From: a virus
Taxonomy: Duplodnaviria > Caudoviricetes
Virus record (IMG/VR): IMGVR_UViG_3300032373_001152
Coordinates: 1-48,124 of that record
Length of the DNA: 48,124 nt
Strand: one strand, 5' to 3'
Shown: piece by piece, positions 8,044-16,145 of the stretch
How the letters are laid out: each line of letters starts with the position of its first letter
Position numbering within the stretch: the stretch's first letter is position 1
The notes under the pieces: model-generated
What the model saw: only the letters and a program-made list of their open reading frames with translations
What the model was told of the DNA's origin: nothing
The model's database searches: none
Made by a program: the position numbers and the translations under genes

Positions 8044-8811
8044 ATGATAAAAGGATCGTCTGATAAAAGGATCGTCGCCTTTATCGATATATTTGGGTTC
8101 AAGGGCCATATTAGCGATGCTACTTCTCGTTACGAGGATGGAGATACCGGAGGGCTTTCCAATCTAAAGGCTTTAAAGGCCACTTTATTGCGGCAAGCAG
8201 ATGACGTTTCTGAACAGGCTCCGCATGAAGACTGGAAAATTTCCATGTTTTCCGACTGCGTGGTTATTTCCGTCAAGTTCGATCAGGCAAGTGCAGTTTT
8301 CTTCATCCTTCTTCGATTGACATGGTTACTTGGCGACGTTCTTGATAATGGGTTCCTTGTTCGAGGCGGGGTTTCGCTTGGCCGTTTACATCATGATGGC
8401 GAAATTATATTTGGTGATGGGCTCATCAAAGCCTACGAAGTTGAATCGCAAACGGCTTTCTTTCCAAGGGTTATTGTTGATATTGAAGTGATAAAGTTAT
8501 GTATCGACTTCCCAGCAACTCATCACTCTCCGAAAGATGAGTTGGATTACGTTGCAGGGCTTCTTAAGGAAGATAGTGTCGATGGGAAAGCGTATCTTGA
8601 TATTTTGGCTGGAATCGAAAGCGAAATAGCAGATTTTGATATTTATCACCGAATGCTTAAAAATGTACGCGATGCGATAATATCGATGCAGAAAGCCGCT
8701 AAAAAGACAGAAGAAAAAATTAAGGTTGCGTGGTTAGTTGATTATTTTAATAACAACTTGAGCAGGTTTGATCGACGAAGAAAGCACATTCGAAGTTTAC
8801 TTATCAAATGA
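8044..8811 (+). CDS. Class III nucleotidyl-cyclase-like domain protein
   Basis: VAFIDIFGFK (first metal Asp), MFSDCVV (second Asp), LVRGGVSLG, IFGDGLIKAYEVES. Confidence 0.65.
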   Translation: MIKGSSDKRIVAFIDIFGFKGHISDATSRYEDGDTGGLSNLKALKATLLRQADDVSEQAPHEDWKISMFSDCVVISVKFDQASAVFFILLRLTWLLGDVLDNGFLVRGGVSLGRLHHDGEIIFGDGLIKAYEVESQTAFFPRVIVDIEVIKLCIDFPATHHSPKDELDYVAGLLKEDSVDGKAYLDILAGIESEIADFDIYHRMLKNVRDAIISMQKAAKKTEEKIKVAWLVDYFNNNLSRFDRRRKHIRSLLIK

Positions 8812-8848
8812 ATGAATACCATGGTCGGGAATAGAGAACTTAACCCAC

Positions 8849-8870
8849 CGTGACAAAATCGTGACAATCC
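8849..8870 (+). repeat. Integrase arm-type binding sites, right copy
   Basis: Identical to 43-64. Confidence 0.75.
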
Positions 8871-8930
8871 TATCCCGTCTTGTTCGGTTTTATTCCGTTT
8901 TATCCGGTATAAGCCACGACAGCGCCCGAA

Positions 8931-8943
8931 CAACTCATTGATT
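8931..8943 (-). promoter_or_regulatory. IHF-binding site in the att arm
   Basis: Minus strand AATCAATGAGTTG matches WATCAANNNNTTR; lies between the arm sites and the att core. Confidence 0.6.
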
Positions 8944-8972
8944 TAAAACAACTATTTTCTCGTTTGGCGCCT

Positions 8973-9017
8973 TTCGTAATGCGGGGGTCGGGTGTTCAAG
9001 TCACCCAGGCGGCACCA
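8973..9017 (+). tRNA. 3' half of tRNA-Thr(CGT) duplicated as att core (not a complete gene)
   Basis: TTCGTAA anticodon loop, T-arm GGGTG-TTCAAGT-CACCC, acceptor 3' strand AGGCGGC-A-CCA; no D-arm or 5' acceptor strand upstream. Confidence 0.8.
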
Positions 9018-9023
9018 TTATTT

Positions 9024-9062
9024 TCAAGGGCTTAGCGGAATTTCGCTAGGCCTTTGTTTTTT
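9024..9062 (+). repeat. att direct repeat, right copy, with intrinsic terminator-like hairpin
   Basis: Identical to 1-39; GGCTTAGCG-GAATTT-CGCTAGGCC followed by a T-run. Confidence 0.9.
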
Positions 9063-9065
9063 TAC

Positions 9066-9085
9066 TGTGCCCAAATTGTGCCCAA
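9066..9085 (+). repeat. Arm-type sites (TGTGCCCAA x2) of a second tandem island
   Basis: 11-bp spaced direct repeat at the same offset from att as the CGTGACAA pair of island 1. Confidence 0.6.
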
Positions 9086-9089
9086 GCCC
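9085..9089 (+). repeat. 5-bp target-site duplication AGCCC, left
   Basis: Directly precedes the TGT prophage end; repeated at 47850-47854. Confidence 0.88.
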
Positions 9090-9192
9090 TGTAGCGCGAC
9101 AGTTGTTTTTGGAGTCGCCGTCACTTGAACTTAGAGCAGAAAAAAGGCCTTCGGAGTGTGTTTTGAAGGCCTTTTTATGTCTGCTTTAAGTG

Positions 9193-9283
9193 GTGATATT
9201 AATGGTCGGTTTCGGCATCATCTAGCGCGACGGATTCCAGTGCCACGTCGATCTCTGAAAATAGCCGGATTATGTTGGTTTCG
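9193..9283. repeat. 91-bp imperfect direct repeat, copy 1
   Basis: 80/91 identical by eye to 10464-10554. Confidence 0.85.
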
Positions 9284-9713
9284 ACCGGTGCCGGTCGTGA
9301 ATGTCGGCTGCCGCCGCCGTCGCCGGGGTCGTGCCGCGCGGCACGATCTTGAAAGTATAGCCAGCGGCCATGCCACGCGACACGATCAGACCGGATACCG
9401 CCTTGTGGGCTCCGACGCAGGGCCAGCCCAAGCTCTGCGCCTCTGCATCGTCGCTCGACAGGCCGATTTCAATTGTTCTTCTTTCGCCGCAACTACTCGC
9501 AACCTCATCGATACAATCAATCGCCTCATTGGCCGCGATATCTATTTTGGCGGCCAGGTCAACTAGGTTATTGATCACTCTGTCGGGTGTTCCGTTGCGG
9601 CCCGCCGACCACGATTTGACGGTGTCGAGCCGAACGCCAAGCCATTCCGCTGCCTCTCGATGTGAGAGGCCGCATGTCTGTGAGAGTAACGAGAATATTG
9701 TTGTCATTATCAC
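9270..9713 (-). CDS. HTH DNA-binding protein (moron)
   Basis: GLSHREAAEWLGVRLDTVKSWSAGR. Confidence 0.75.
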   Translation of the reverse strand: MIMTTIFSLLSQTCGLSHREAAEWLGVRLDTVKSWSAGRNGTPDRVINNLVDLAAKIDIAANEAIDCIDEVASSCGERRTIEIGLSSDDAEAQSLGWPCVGAHKAVSGLIVSRGMAAGYTFKIVPRGTTPATAAAADIHDRHRSKPT

Positions 9714-10411
9714 ACCATTTCCAATATCTCGGAGATGCAGCCCCAGCCGATGATATTATTTTGAACCCATTCCGCATCGCCGCCGTGGAGAATGAGCGCG
9801 GCGCGGGATTTCTTCAATCCGCCAGGGCGCTGCGAGAAATCTTCTCCGGCCGCGATGGCGGCGCGGGCGGCACCCATGATCGGCGCATATCTTTTTTCGC
9901 GGAGCTTGGCTTCTTCGGCTTTCATTGCCGCCAATTTCGCCGCTTCTCTTTTGTTTTCCTTTTCCTGAAGGCTTTCGAGCGCGCCATCGATATCAAGGCT
10001 GTCGTTCCAGTCATCTTCAGACCAATTTTCATGGTAAATATTTATGATGTCTCCGGCCGGAATGCCGGTTTCACCGGAAATCTCGGCGGCGATCTCATCA
10101 CGATGCGGCCAATCATCATTGAGCCGGCGTTCAAAATCGATGGCGTGTAGCGCCGCTGACGGATCGCGCATCAGCAGAAACCGAGCGCTCGCGCGCACAT
10201 CGTAATATTCAGTCCTGTTAAAAAATTTTGACGTATGATGCCACTCATCGGAGCCTCGCTTCAACAGAGTCTCGCGTGCAACCTTTTGCGTACAGCCCGC
10301 GAGCGCGGCGACGATCTTGACGGCGATCGTCAACGGAAAAAGATACTCGCGCTCGGCTTCACGGGCGCGCACTGATTTGGAATATCCGACATAACCATGA
10401 TTGGCGTTCAT
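9710..10411 (-). CDS. Hypothetical moron protein
   Basis: ATG at 10411 preceded by GGAG; stop overlaps the next gene. Confidence 0.6.
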   Translation of the reverse strand: MNANHGYVGYSKSVRAREAEREYLFPLTIAVKIVAALAGCTQKVARETLLKRGSDEWHHTSKFFNRTEYYDVRASARFLLMRDPSAALHAIDFERRLNDDWPHRDEIAAEISGETGIPAGDIINIYHENWSEDDWNDSLDIDGALESLQEKENKREAAKLAAMKAEEAKLREKRYAPIMGAARAAIAAGEDFSQRPGGLKKSRAALILHGGDAEWVQNNIIGWGCISEILEMV

Positions 10412-10463
10412 TTTAAGGTCTCCATTTACCTCTTGCGCTGGTCCAATACCACCGCGTTTATGA

Positions 10464-10554
10464 GTGATATTAGTGGTCGGTTTCGGCATCATCCAGCGCG
10501 ATGGATTCCAGTGCCGCATCCAACTCTGAAAACAGCCTGATCATGTCGGTTTCG
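10464..10554. repeat. 91-bp imperfect direct repeat, copy 2
   Basis: Encodes the C-terminus of 10470-10907; matches 9193-9283. Confidence 0.85.
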
Positions 10555-10907
10555 TTCGGCGGCGTGTCGATCCAGATTATTTCGCACAGCGTCACATCAG
10601 ATCGACATTCATACGTCAGGCCGTTGACGTCAAAATCCTCAGCGTCCATTGCCAGTCGGCCGATAAATCGCGGGTATTTGGTGCGGACCGCGAATTCCCG
10701 ACCCGTTTCGGCACCGGTGCCGACTACCCAGGAATCGTGACCGTCGAGCCGCGTGACCGCCGCCGCCACGCCTTTCGGGATATCGACCTGTCCCGCGGCC
10801 CAGCGCTGGACCGTGCGGACGGCCACCGACAGCGCGCCGGCCATCGGTGTTTGCCACCGATGGCCGAACAGACGTCGACCGACATTTTCAAGCTGTTCAG
10901 GGGTCAT
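10470..10907 (-). CDS. HTH DNA-binding protein (moron)
   Basis: LFGHRWQTPMAGALSVAVRTVQRWAAG. Confidence 0.75.
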   Translation of the reverse strand: MTPEQLENVGRRLFGHRWQTPMAGALSVAVRTVQRWAAGQVDIPKGVAAAVTRLDGHDSWVVGTGAETGREFAVRTKYPRFIGRLAMDAEDFDVNGLTYECRSDVTLCEIIWIDTPPNETDMIRLFSELDAALESIALDDAETDH

Positions 10908-10910
10908 CGT

Positions 10911-11198
10911 TTAGGCCTCCCCATCAAAATACGACAGGCTGCCGTCGCCGCTGTCCATCACGAAGAGGTTGCCGCGCCGGCAACCGGGACGGGACTGTTG
11001 ATTTTCCCAAACCAGCAGGAGGCCGGCCTCGGTCTCTATTTCTTCGTGTGCCGTGCCGCGCGCGGCGGTAAAATCAGAAATCCGCTCGGCGGATACAACG
11101 ACGTTTTTCGGCTCGCATATCCAAGAAGATTCATCGCCAAAGTAACCGGAATTCCATTCGGCCGTCGCGTCACAGAAATTTTTTGTTGAGGTGGTCAT
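10911..11198 (-). CDS. Hypothetical acidic moron protein
   Basis: AAGGAG RBS; lies directly downstream of a consensus promoter. Confidence 0.7.
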   Translation of the reverse strand: MTTSTKNFCDATAEWNSGYFGDESSWICEPKNVVVSAERISDFTAARGTAHEEIETEAGLLLVWENQQSRPGCRRGNLFVMDSGDGSLSYFDGEA

Positions 11199-11258
11199 CG
11201 CTCGGTCTCCTTTACCGTTTCGGCCCGGCCAACTGCCGTCGCCTTGTTGATGTCATGA

Positions 11259-11287
11259 AATATACGACACCAAGACCATCTTGTCAA
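11259..11287 (-). promoter_or_regulatory. Sigma70-type promoter of the terminal moron operon
   Basis: TTGACA-17 nt-TATATT on the minus strand. Confidence 0.75.
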
Positions 11288-11301
11288 CTCTAGAAATCGA
11301 T

Positions 11302-12111
11302 TTAGTGACGGCCGGAGATGATTAACTCGCCCGCCATTTTACAATCCACCTTGGCGAGCGAATAGGTCGTTTCGACGGGCTCTATATCGAAGTCCTGGAA
11401 TATCTCACGAATTTCCGGCGTGTCGTTGATGGAGAGCAGGAATTGGCCTTTTATGGCGACGAGTTGGCCCGCAAGCCGTGCGAAATCGTCGCGGCTGAAC
11501 ATGTCCTTGCCATAGTCGTTCTCGGATCCCCAGTACGGCGGATCCAGATAGAACAGGGTGCCCGGCTTGTCGTAGCGGCGAATAAAATTGCCGCACGGCA
11601 GGCATTCGATGACGACACCGGCCAGGCGGGCGTGCAGGTCTTCCAGATCGCCCGCCAGTTTCAGGATATTAAACCGGGCCGGGCGGGCGACCGAGACGCC
11701 GAAACTCTTGCCACTGACCCTGCCGCCGAAGGCCGTTCGCTGAAGATACAAAAAGCGGGCCGAGCGTTGCAGATCAGTCAAGGTATCGGGATTCGTCGCC
11801 ACCAGGCGTTCGAACTCGACCCTGGAGGTGATCTGCAGCCGCATCATCTCCATAAACGGCACATAATGATGTTGCAGGATTCGAAAGAAGGTGGCGACGT
11901 CGCGGCTATAGTCGTTGATCACTTCGGCTTTTGGAACCGAATCGCGGCGCAGGAAAACACCTCCCATGCCGACGAAGGGCTCGGCGTATGTGGCGTGTGG
12001 AATGGCCTTAATGCGACTGACCAGCCGCTTGGCCAGATTGCGCTTGCCGCCAATGTAGGGTGCGACCGGTTTGACCGGATTGATAGCCCGAAATTCTGTG
12101 TTGGACTTCAT
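11302..12111 (-). CDS. D12-class N6-adenine DNA methyltransferase (in the Mu mom position)
   Basis: PYIGGK, YAEPFVGMGGV, EVINDY, FYLDPPY. Confidence 0.93.
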   Translation of the reverse strand: MKSNTEFRAINPVKPVAPYIGGKRNLAKRLVSRIKAIPHATYAEPFVGMGGVFLRRDSVPKAEVINDYSRDVATFFRILQHHYVPFMEMMRLQITSRVEFERLVATNPDTLTDLQRSARFLYLQRTAFGGRVSGKSFGVSVARPARFNILKLAGDLEDLHARLAGVVIECLPCGNFIRRYDKPGTLFYLDPPYWGSENDYGKDMFSRDDFARLAGQLVAIKGQFLLSINDTPEIREIFQDFDIEPVETTYSLAKVDCKMAGELIISGRH

Positions 12112-12151
12112 GATTATTTCGCTTCATTCTCTCCGCGCCGCGGGCTCGCGG

Positions 12152-12237
12152 TGGCGGGACGGCCATTATAGGCCGATAGTGGTCGTGTGGAGCTTCAATC
12201 CACGGTTCGCGCTGTTGACGCAGCGCGGCCCCCGCCA
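12152..12237. ncRNA. Candidate structured RNA (four-way junction) upstream of the methyltransferase
   Basis: Closing stem TGGCGGG/CCCGCCA encloses three hairpins (12159-12186, 12187-12203, 12208-12227). Confidence 0.45.
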
Positions 12238-12240
12238 GCC

Positions 12241-12861
12241 TTACCAGTGGATGGCGGCGGTGACATCCAGGGTGGCGATGGCGGTGGCGTTCATTGCGCC
12301 GATGGCGTCTTGCAAGGCGCTCGATGCCGCCAGCATCGCCGCGACATGAGCCGAGGCCGCGTCGAACAGGGCCTCGGCTTCGAGGGCGGTGGTGATCGTC
12401 ACGGTATTTCCGGCCTGGGTTTTAAAGACGATCGGCACCTTTCCGCGCTGCGCCGAGACCATCATTCCGCTGATCCGCCCGACCGACCGGTCATCGCAGC
12501 GGAACGGAACGCCGCCGACCACCGTTCCAGCCGCAATACGCCTCTCGGCTTCGGCCATCGCCGCGGCGATCTTGTCGGCACGCTGTTCGGCAATTGGCCG
12601 GGTATCGTCCGAAAGAACGGTTCGAATGGTCGCGACGCCGGTCGCCGCATCGTAGGTCGGCGGCTGTTCGGTGACGACCGGACCGCTGCTTTCAGGCGGC
12701 GCCATGACGGGCTCCAGAAACAGGAAACTGGCGGTGGTTGTCGTCACCCGCGCGCCGTGAATGGCACCCATGGCAACAGCTCCACCGGGAAGGTCGATCC
12801 TCTGCCCGGTGGCCGCCGTGCCCACGACCTGACCGGTCGTCTCATCGATGATTATCAACAT
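12241..12861 (-). CDS. Tail fibre-associated / assembly protein (DUF4376-like)
   Basis: Last tail gene; GVPFRCDDRS..ISG and C-terminal LDVTAAIHW pattern. Confidence 0.55.
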   Translation of the reverse strand: MLIIIDETTGQVVGTAATGQRIDLPGGAVAMGAIHGARVTTTTASFLFLEPVMAPPESSGPVVTEQPPTYDAATGVATIRTVLSDDTRPIAEQRADKIAAAMAEAERRIAAGTVVGGVPFRCDDRSVGRISGMMVSAQRGKVPIVFKTQAGNTVTITTALEAEALFDAASAHVAAMLAASSALQDAIGAMNATAIATLDVTAAIHW

Positions 12862-12886
12862 TTGTTTGATCCTTTTATTTTCTAAT

Positions 12887-13558
12887 TCAGCTAGGCCCGA
12901 ACGAAACCGCTAGCATTGCCCGCGTTGCGCCGGCAACGGCGTAGGTCACCGTCACCGGCAATCCCACCTGCGCGGTCGCAAAGGCGGCTGACGCGCCGGA
13001 ATGACCAAATGCGCCGACGCCGACAACGTCGGCCTCGTAATCTTCCGTCAAGCCACTCCAGATATAATCGGCAAGCCCGTCGTCCTGGTTCATGGCGAAG
13101 CCGATGCCGATCCCGTTTTGCGGAACATCGATGGTAATCGAGCCGGGCGCCGCGCCGTCGGATGCGACGGCATGTGCGGCGGTCGCCAGCGTCTGAACCT
13201 TCCAGACAGCGAGCACGGTTCCAACATTTGATGTCGAGGGAAACGTCGCGACAATGTCAGCGGTCGTGCCGGCGACGCCGGAAGCCATCCAGAGGCTTGC
13301 GTAGCCGTAGCCGGCGCCGAGGGCTTCGATAATCTTGACCGCCGCGACACCGCCGATGGTCACCGAACTGACCGTCGGCCCAGACATCGCGCTGATGCCG
13401 ACCACGACGAGGCGATTCGGCGTGTCCGTGCCGATTGGAATCCCCAAAAATGTCTGGGGTCCGGCATCGGTTGTCGTCTCGGCATGGCCAGTGTAGGCTA
13501 CCGTCGCCGGGCCGATAGCCCCGCCACCGATTGTCGCTAAAACACCTGCATCAATCAT
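12887..13558 (-). CDS. Tail fibre-associated beta-rich protein
   Basis: Gly/Ala/Thr/Val-rich ORF directly after the tail fibre gene. Confidence 0.55.
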   Translation of the reverse strand: MIDAGVLATIGGGAIGPATVAYTGHAETTTDAGPQTFLGIPIGTDTPNRLVVVGISAMSGPTVSSVTIGGVAAVKIIEALGAGYGYASLWMASGVAGTTADIVATFPSTSNVGTVLAVWKVQTLATAAHAVASDGAAPGSITIDVPQNGIGIGFAMNQDDGLADYIWSGLTEDYEADVVGVGAFGHSGASAAFATAQVGLPVTVTYAVAGATRAMLAVSFGPS

Positions 13559-13561
13559 CGA

Positions 13562-14488
13562 TCAACCTGCCTGTACGATTTCTAGGGTTGTCTTCGTCGG
13601 AAGCTTGATGATCTTCAAGACGTTGACGGTGCCGAGAACCGTATTGAAGACCCCCGAGACCTGCGAAAAGCCGACAAGCCCGAGGGCGTATCCGCCGACG
13701 CCGCCGACAGTGAGTTCCAGGACCATTGCACCTTGGTCGACGTCGTTCGGTGCGGTCAAAGTGAAAGCGCCGGTCATAACTGCGTTTTGAATCGTTCCGG
13801 CCGCGATGGTCAATGTCGTCGCGGCGGCCAGGTTTCCAAGATTGTTCGACGCGGTCAGCATGCCGACCGTCAATGTCTCCGACACATCCTTGCGCAACTC
13901 GCCGCTGTGGCTGTCGATATCGACGAACAGAACAGTAGCAGCCTTGGCAATCCCGACTGTCACCCGGTCGACCGGCGCGGCTGTGACAAGCCCGCCCACC
14001 GTCACCTCGTCAAGATAATATTTCGACCCCGGCGTCAGGCCCGCCACCAGCCCGGCGCGGGTTTCGCCGAAACAGATGACCTCGCCGTTTGTAACGTCGG
14101 CGATGCCGACCGCCAGATCGATCGCCGTGCCGTCGGCCAGCGCCTCGTCGAAGCGGTTGTTGACGCCATCCCAGTACACCGCCGCGCCGTCGACGACCGA
14201 CACCCCGAACACCGCGCCCTGGATAACAACCGCCTTCGAGGCGCCGGAAATCATCGCCGTGATGGCGGCGCGAAGCTGGGTGCGGTCAGCCTTGTTCAGC
14301 GCCAATCCGGCGCCAACGATGACCGCTACCAATTCTTCTTGGACCATGTTCGCCCATTCGGCGTCAACGATGGTCGGCGGGATCGGGACAAGCGGATCGC
14401 CATCGGTAAAAAAGTGATCCGGGTTAACCCCGGCGGCGGTTGGCGCCGGAAGCGCGGCGGCGGCGGTCGCGTTATCGATTCGAAACAT
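13562..14488 (-). CDS. Tail fibre protein (Mu gp49-like N-terminus)
   Basis: MFRID...FFTDGDP..PPTIVDAEWANMVQEELVAVI..AGL..DRTQLRAAI. Confidence 0.85.
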   Translation of the reverse strand: MFRIDNATAAAALPAPTAAGVNPDHFFTDGDPLVPIPPTIVDAEWANMVQEELVAVIVGAGLALNKADRTQLRAAITAMISGASKAVVIQGAVFGVSVVDGAAVYWDGVNNRFDEALADGTAIDLAVGIADVTNGEVICFGETRAGLVAGLTPGSKYYLDEVTVGGLVTAAPVDRVTVGIAKAATVLFVDIDSHSGELRKDVSETLTVGMLTASNNLGNLAAATTLTIAAGTIQNAVMTGAFTLTAPNDVDQGAMVLELTVGGVGGYALGLVGFSQVSGVFNTVLGTVNVLKIIKLPTKTTLEIVQAG

Positions 14489-14491
14489 TAA

Positions 14492-15082
14492 CTATCCTCC
14501 ATATGCAAAATGAACGGCGGTGTGAGCTGGGCGTTTAGCGTTGATGGCGCATTCCAGCAGGCCATTACCCCACTTGCGAAGCGGCTCGCCGGTGGCGCTG
14601 GCGCCGGTCCTGAAGGCGACGACGGTTGTCGCGGGCGCATTGACCCGCCAGACGAACTTCCAGACCTCGGAACAGAGCGGATCGCCGCAGGCACTGACGC
14701 CGGTGCGGAACGGCCGGAACTCGGTAATGGTGACGTCGAAGCCGAGGGTCTTGGCGAGGTCAACAAAGAACTGGCGCGACTGTCCGCCACGCCCGGTCAG
14801 TTTGGCGAGCAAGGCGGCGCGGCGTTCCTGCAGCGTCGTCGATGACGCCCCGCAGGCATCGGGCAGACCCGCGGTCGTTTCCCAGTCGACCAACCGTTCG
14901 GTCGCGATCCGGGGATCAGCTTCATCAATCATGTCGAGCGTGCGGTTGTGGGCGCGAGCCAGCGAATCGGCATAGGCGGTCAACAGCCTGGTCAACGTCG
15001 CTTCCATATCGCGCGGCCAGGCGGCGCCGACCGGCAAGAGTTGTTGTAACTGGTGCAGGTAATCGGCCGACGTCACTCTCAT
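14492..15082 (-). CDS. Baseplate protein, Mu gp48/YmfQ-like
   Basis: LLPVGAAWP, DWETTAGLPD, LECAINAKRPAHT. Confidence 0.9.
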   Translation of the reverse strand: MRVTSADYLHQLQQLLPVGAAWPRDMEATLTRLLTAYADSLARAHNRTLDMIDEADPRIATERLVDWETTAGLPDACGASSTTLQERRAALLAKLTGRGGQSRQFFVDLAKTLGFDVTITEFRPFRTGVSACGDPLCSEVWKFVWRVNAPATTVVAFRTGASATGEPLRKWGNGLLECAINAKRPAHTAVHFAYGG

Positions 15083-15086
15083 CTGA

Positions 15087-16145
15087 TCAGCTCCACGTTA
15101 TCGCGCCGAACACGGCGATTTCGCTGGTGGCGTGAACGACGTCGGCGACCGGGCTAACCAGGACATGATTGGTTTCCCCGGCGGCGATAGAAATCGCTTC
15201 ACGGATATGGCTGATCAGAAGGGTCGCACCGGGGGCCGCCTCGCGACGGATCAGGTCTTTCAATTCGGCCTCGATGGCGGTTTTAACGGCCGGCGTCGCC
15301 GGGGCAAGCCCCCCGATATTGGGGTTTAACACTTTGGCGATCGGCGCCACCACGGTCAGATCGGCGGTCACCGGCCGGACAATATTAAGGGCGGCCAGTA
15401 CGGCCGTAACATCGGCCGCCAACGGCAGGCCATCGGTATAGGCACCGTCCATCATGAACCGTACCGTCACGGTGCCGAGGCCGAGTTCCTGCGGATAGGC
15501 CCAGGCGCGCGTCACTCCGGCCTGATCGATGGCCCACTTGACATAGTCAAAATCGGCGCCGCCATGCGGCGGGGTCTGGATCCGGTCGAGGATCCGGACC
15601 CGCAGGTCGGTATCGCTTTCCTGATCGACGCCGCCGACCAAGCCGCCGACCGCCACCGTCGCGCTCGATGTAACGCCGGCAATTGGCGCTATCATATTGA
15701 GGCCCGTCGCGGCGACGGTATTGCCGGCGATGCCGGCGACGACGGCGGCGATGGCGGCGGAGGCCACGCCTGCGACGATGGTGACGTCGGCGGTGCTGGC
15801 GAACTGAACGCCATCGGCGCGCTGAAAGACCGTTCCGGCCGGAACGATCGAAGCGGTGGTGCCGGTCAGATCGACACTGCCACCGGCAAAGGTCGCGGCA
15901 ATCCGCGCGATGCCCCAGATCGCGCCGTGCCGGTCAAGCATTTCGGCCTCGGCGGTATCGGCCAACAATTGATCCTTGGCCCAATCGATGAAACCATAGA
16001 GGCCGTGCGAGACGCCGGACTGCACACGCGCCAACACGTTCAGGTTGGATCGGCGAAGGGCCGCGTCGGCGCCGGGCAGCCGGGCCGCGACATCGGCTTC
16101 AAAGGCGGCGATCAGTTGATCGAGACTGGGTCTGGCAAACGGCAT
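15087..16145 (-). CDS. Baseplate J-like wedge protein (Mu gp47)
   Basis: MPFARPSL, GGVDQESD, PPHGGADFDYVKWA. Confidence 0.92.
   Translation of the reverse strand: MPFARPSLDQLIAAFEADVAARLPGADAALRRSNLNVLARVQSGVSHGLYGFIDWAKDQLLADTAEAEMLDRHGAIWGIARIAATFAGGSVDLTGTTASIVPAGTVFQRADGVQFASTADVTIVAGVASAAIAAVVAGIAGNTVAATGLNMIAPIAGVTSSATVAVGGLVGGVDQESDTDLRVRILDRIQTPPHGGADFDYVKWAIDQAGVTRAWAYPQELGLGTVTVRFMMDGAYTDGLPLAADVTAVLAALNIVRPVTADLTVVAPIAKVLNPNIGGLAPATPAVKTAIEAELKDLIRREAAPGATLLISHIREAISIAAGETNHVLVSPVADVVHATSEIAVFGAITWS

Larger units (their letters stand above)
1..9062. mobile_element. Integrative island at tRNA-Thr(CGT) with int/xis and defence-like cargo; left att truncated by the window edge
   Basis: Identical 39-bp direct repeat at 1-39 and 9024-9062; tRNA 3' half at 8973-9017; 22-bp arm-type repeat at both ends; integrase at the left end; cargo visibly more AT-rich than the prophage. 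Confidence 0.9.

Noticed and set aside
8044-8811. Pycsar or CBASS call
   Set aside because: No adjacent effector and no CD-NTase motifs; only a generic cyclase-like fold
8940-9017. Complete tRNA-Thr gene
   Set aside because: The 5' acceptor strand and D-arm are absent; only the att-duplicated 3' half is present
11302-14488. Mu-type invertible G segment (gin) and mom/com
   Set aside because: No serine invertase, inverted fibre cassette, Mom or Com recognisable
12241-14488. Diversity-generating retroelement targeting tail fibres
   Set aside because: No reverse transcriptase and no TR/VR pair; the 91-bp repeat at 9193/10464 has mismatches not confined to adenines
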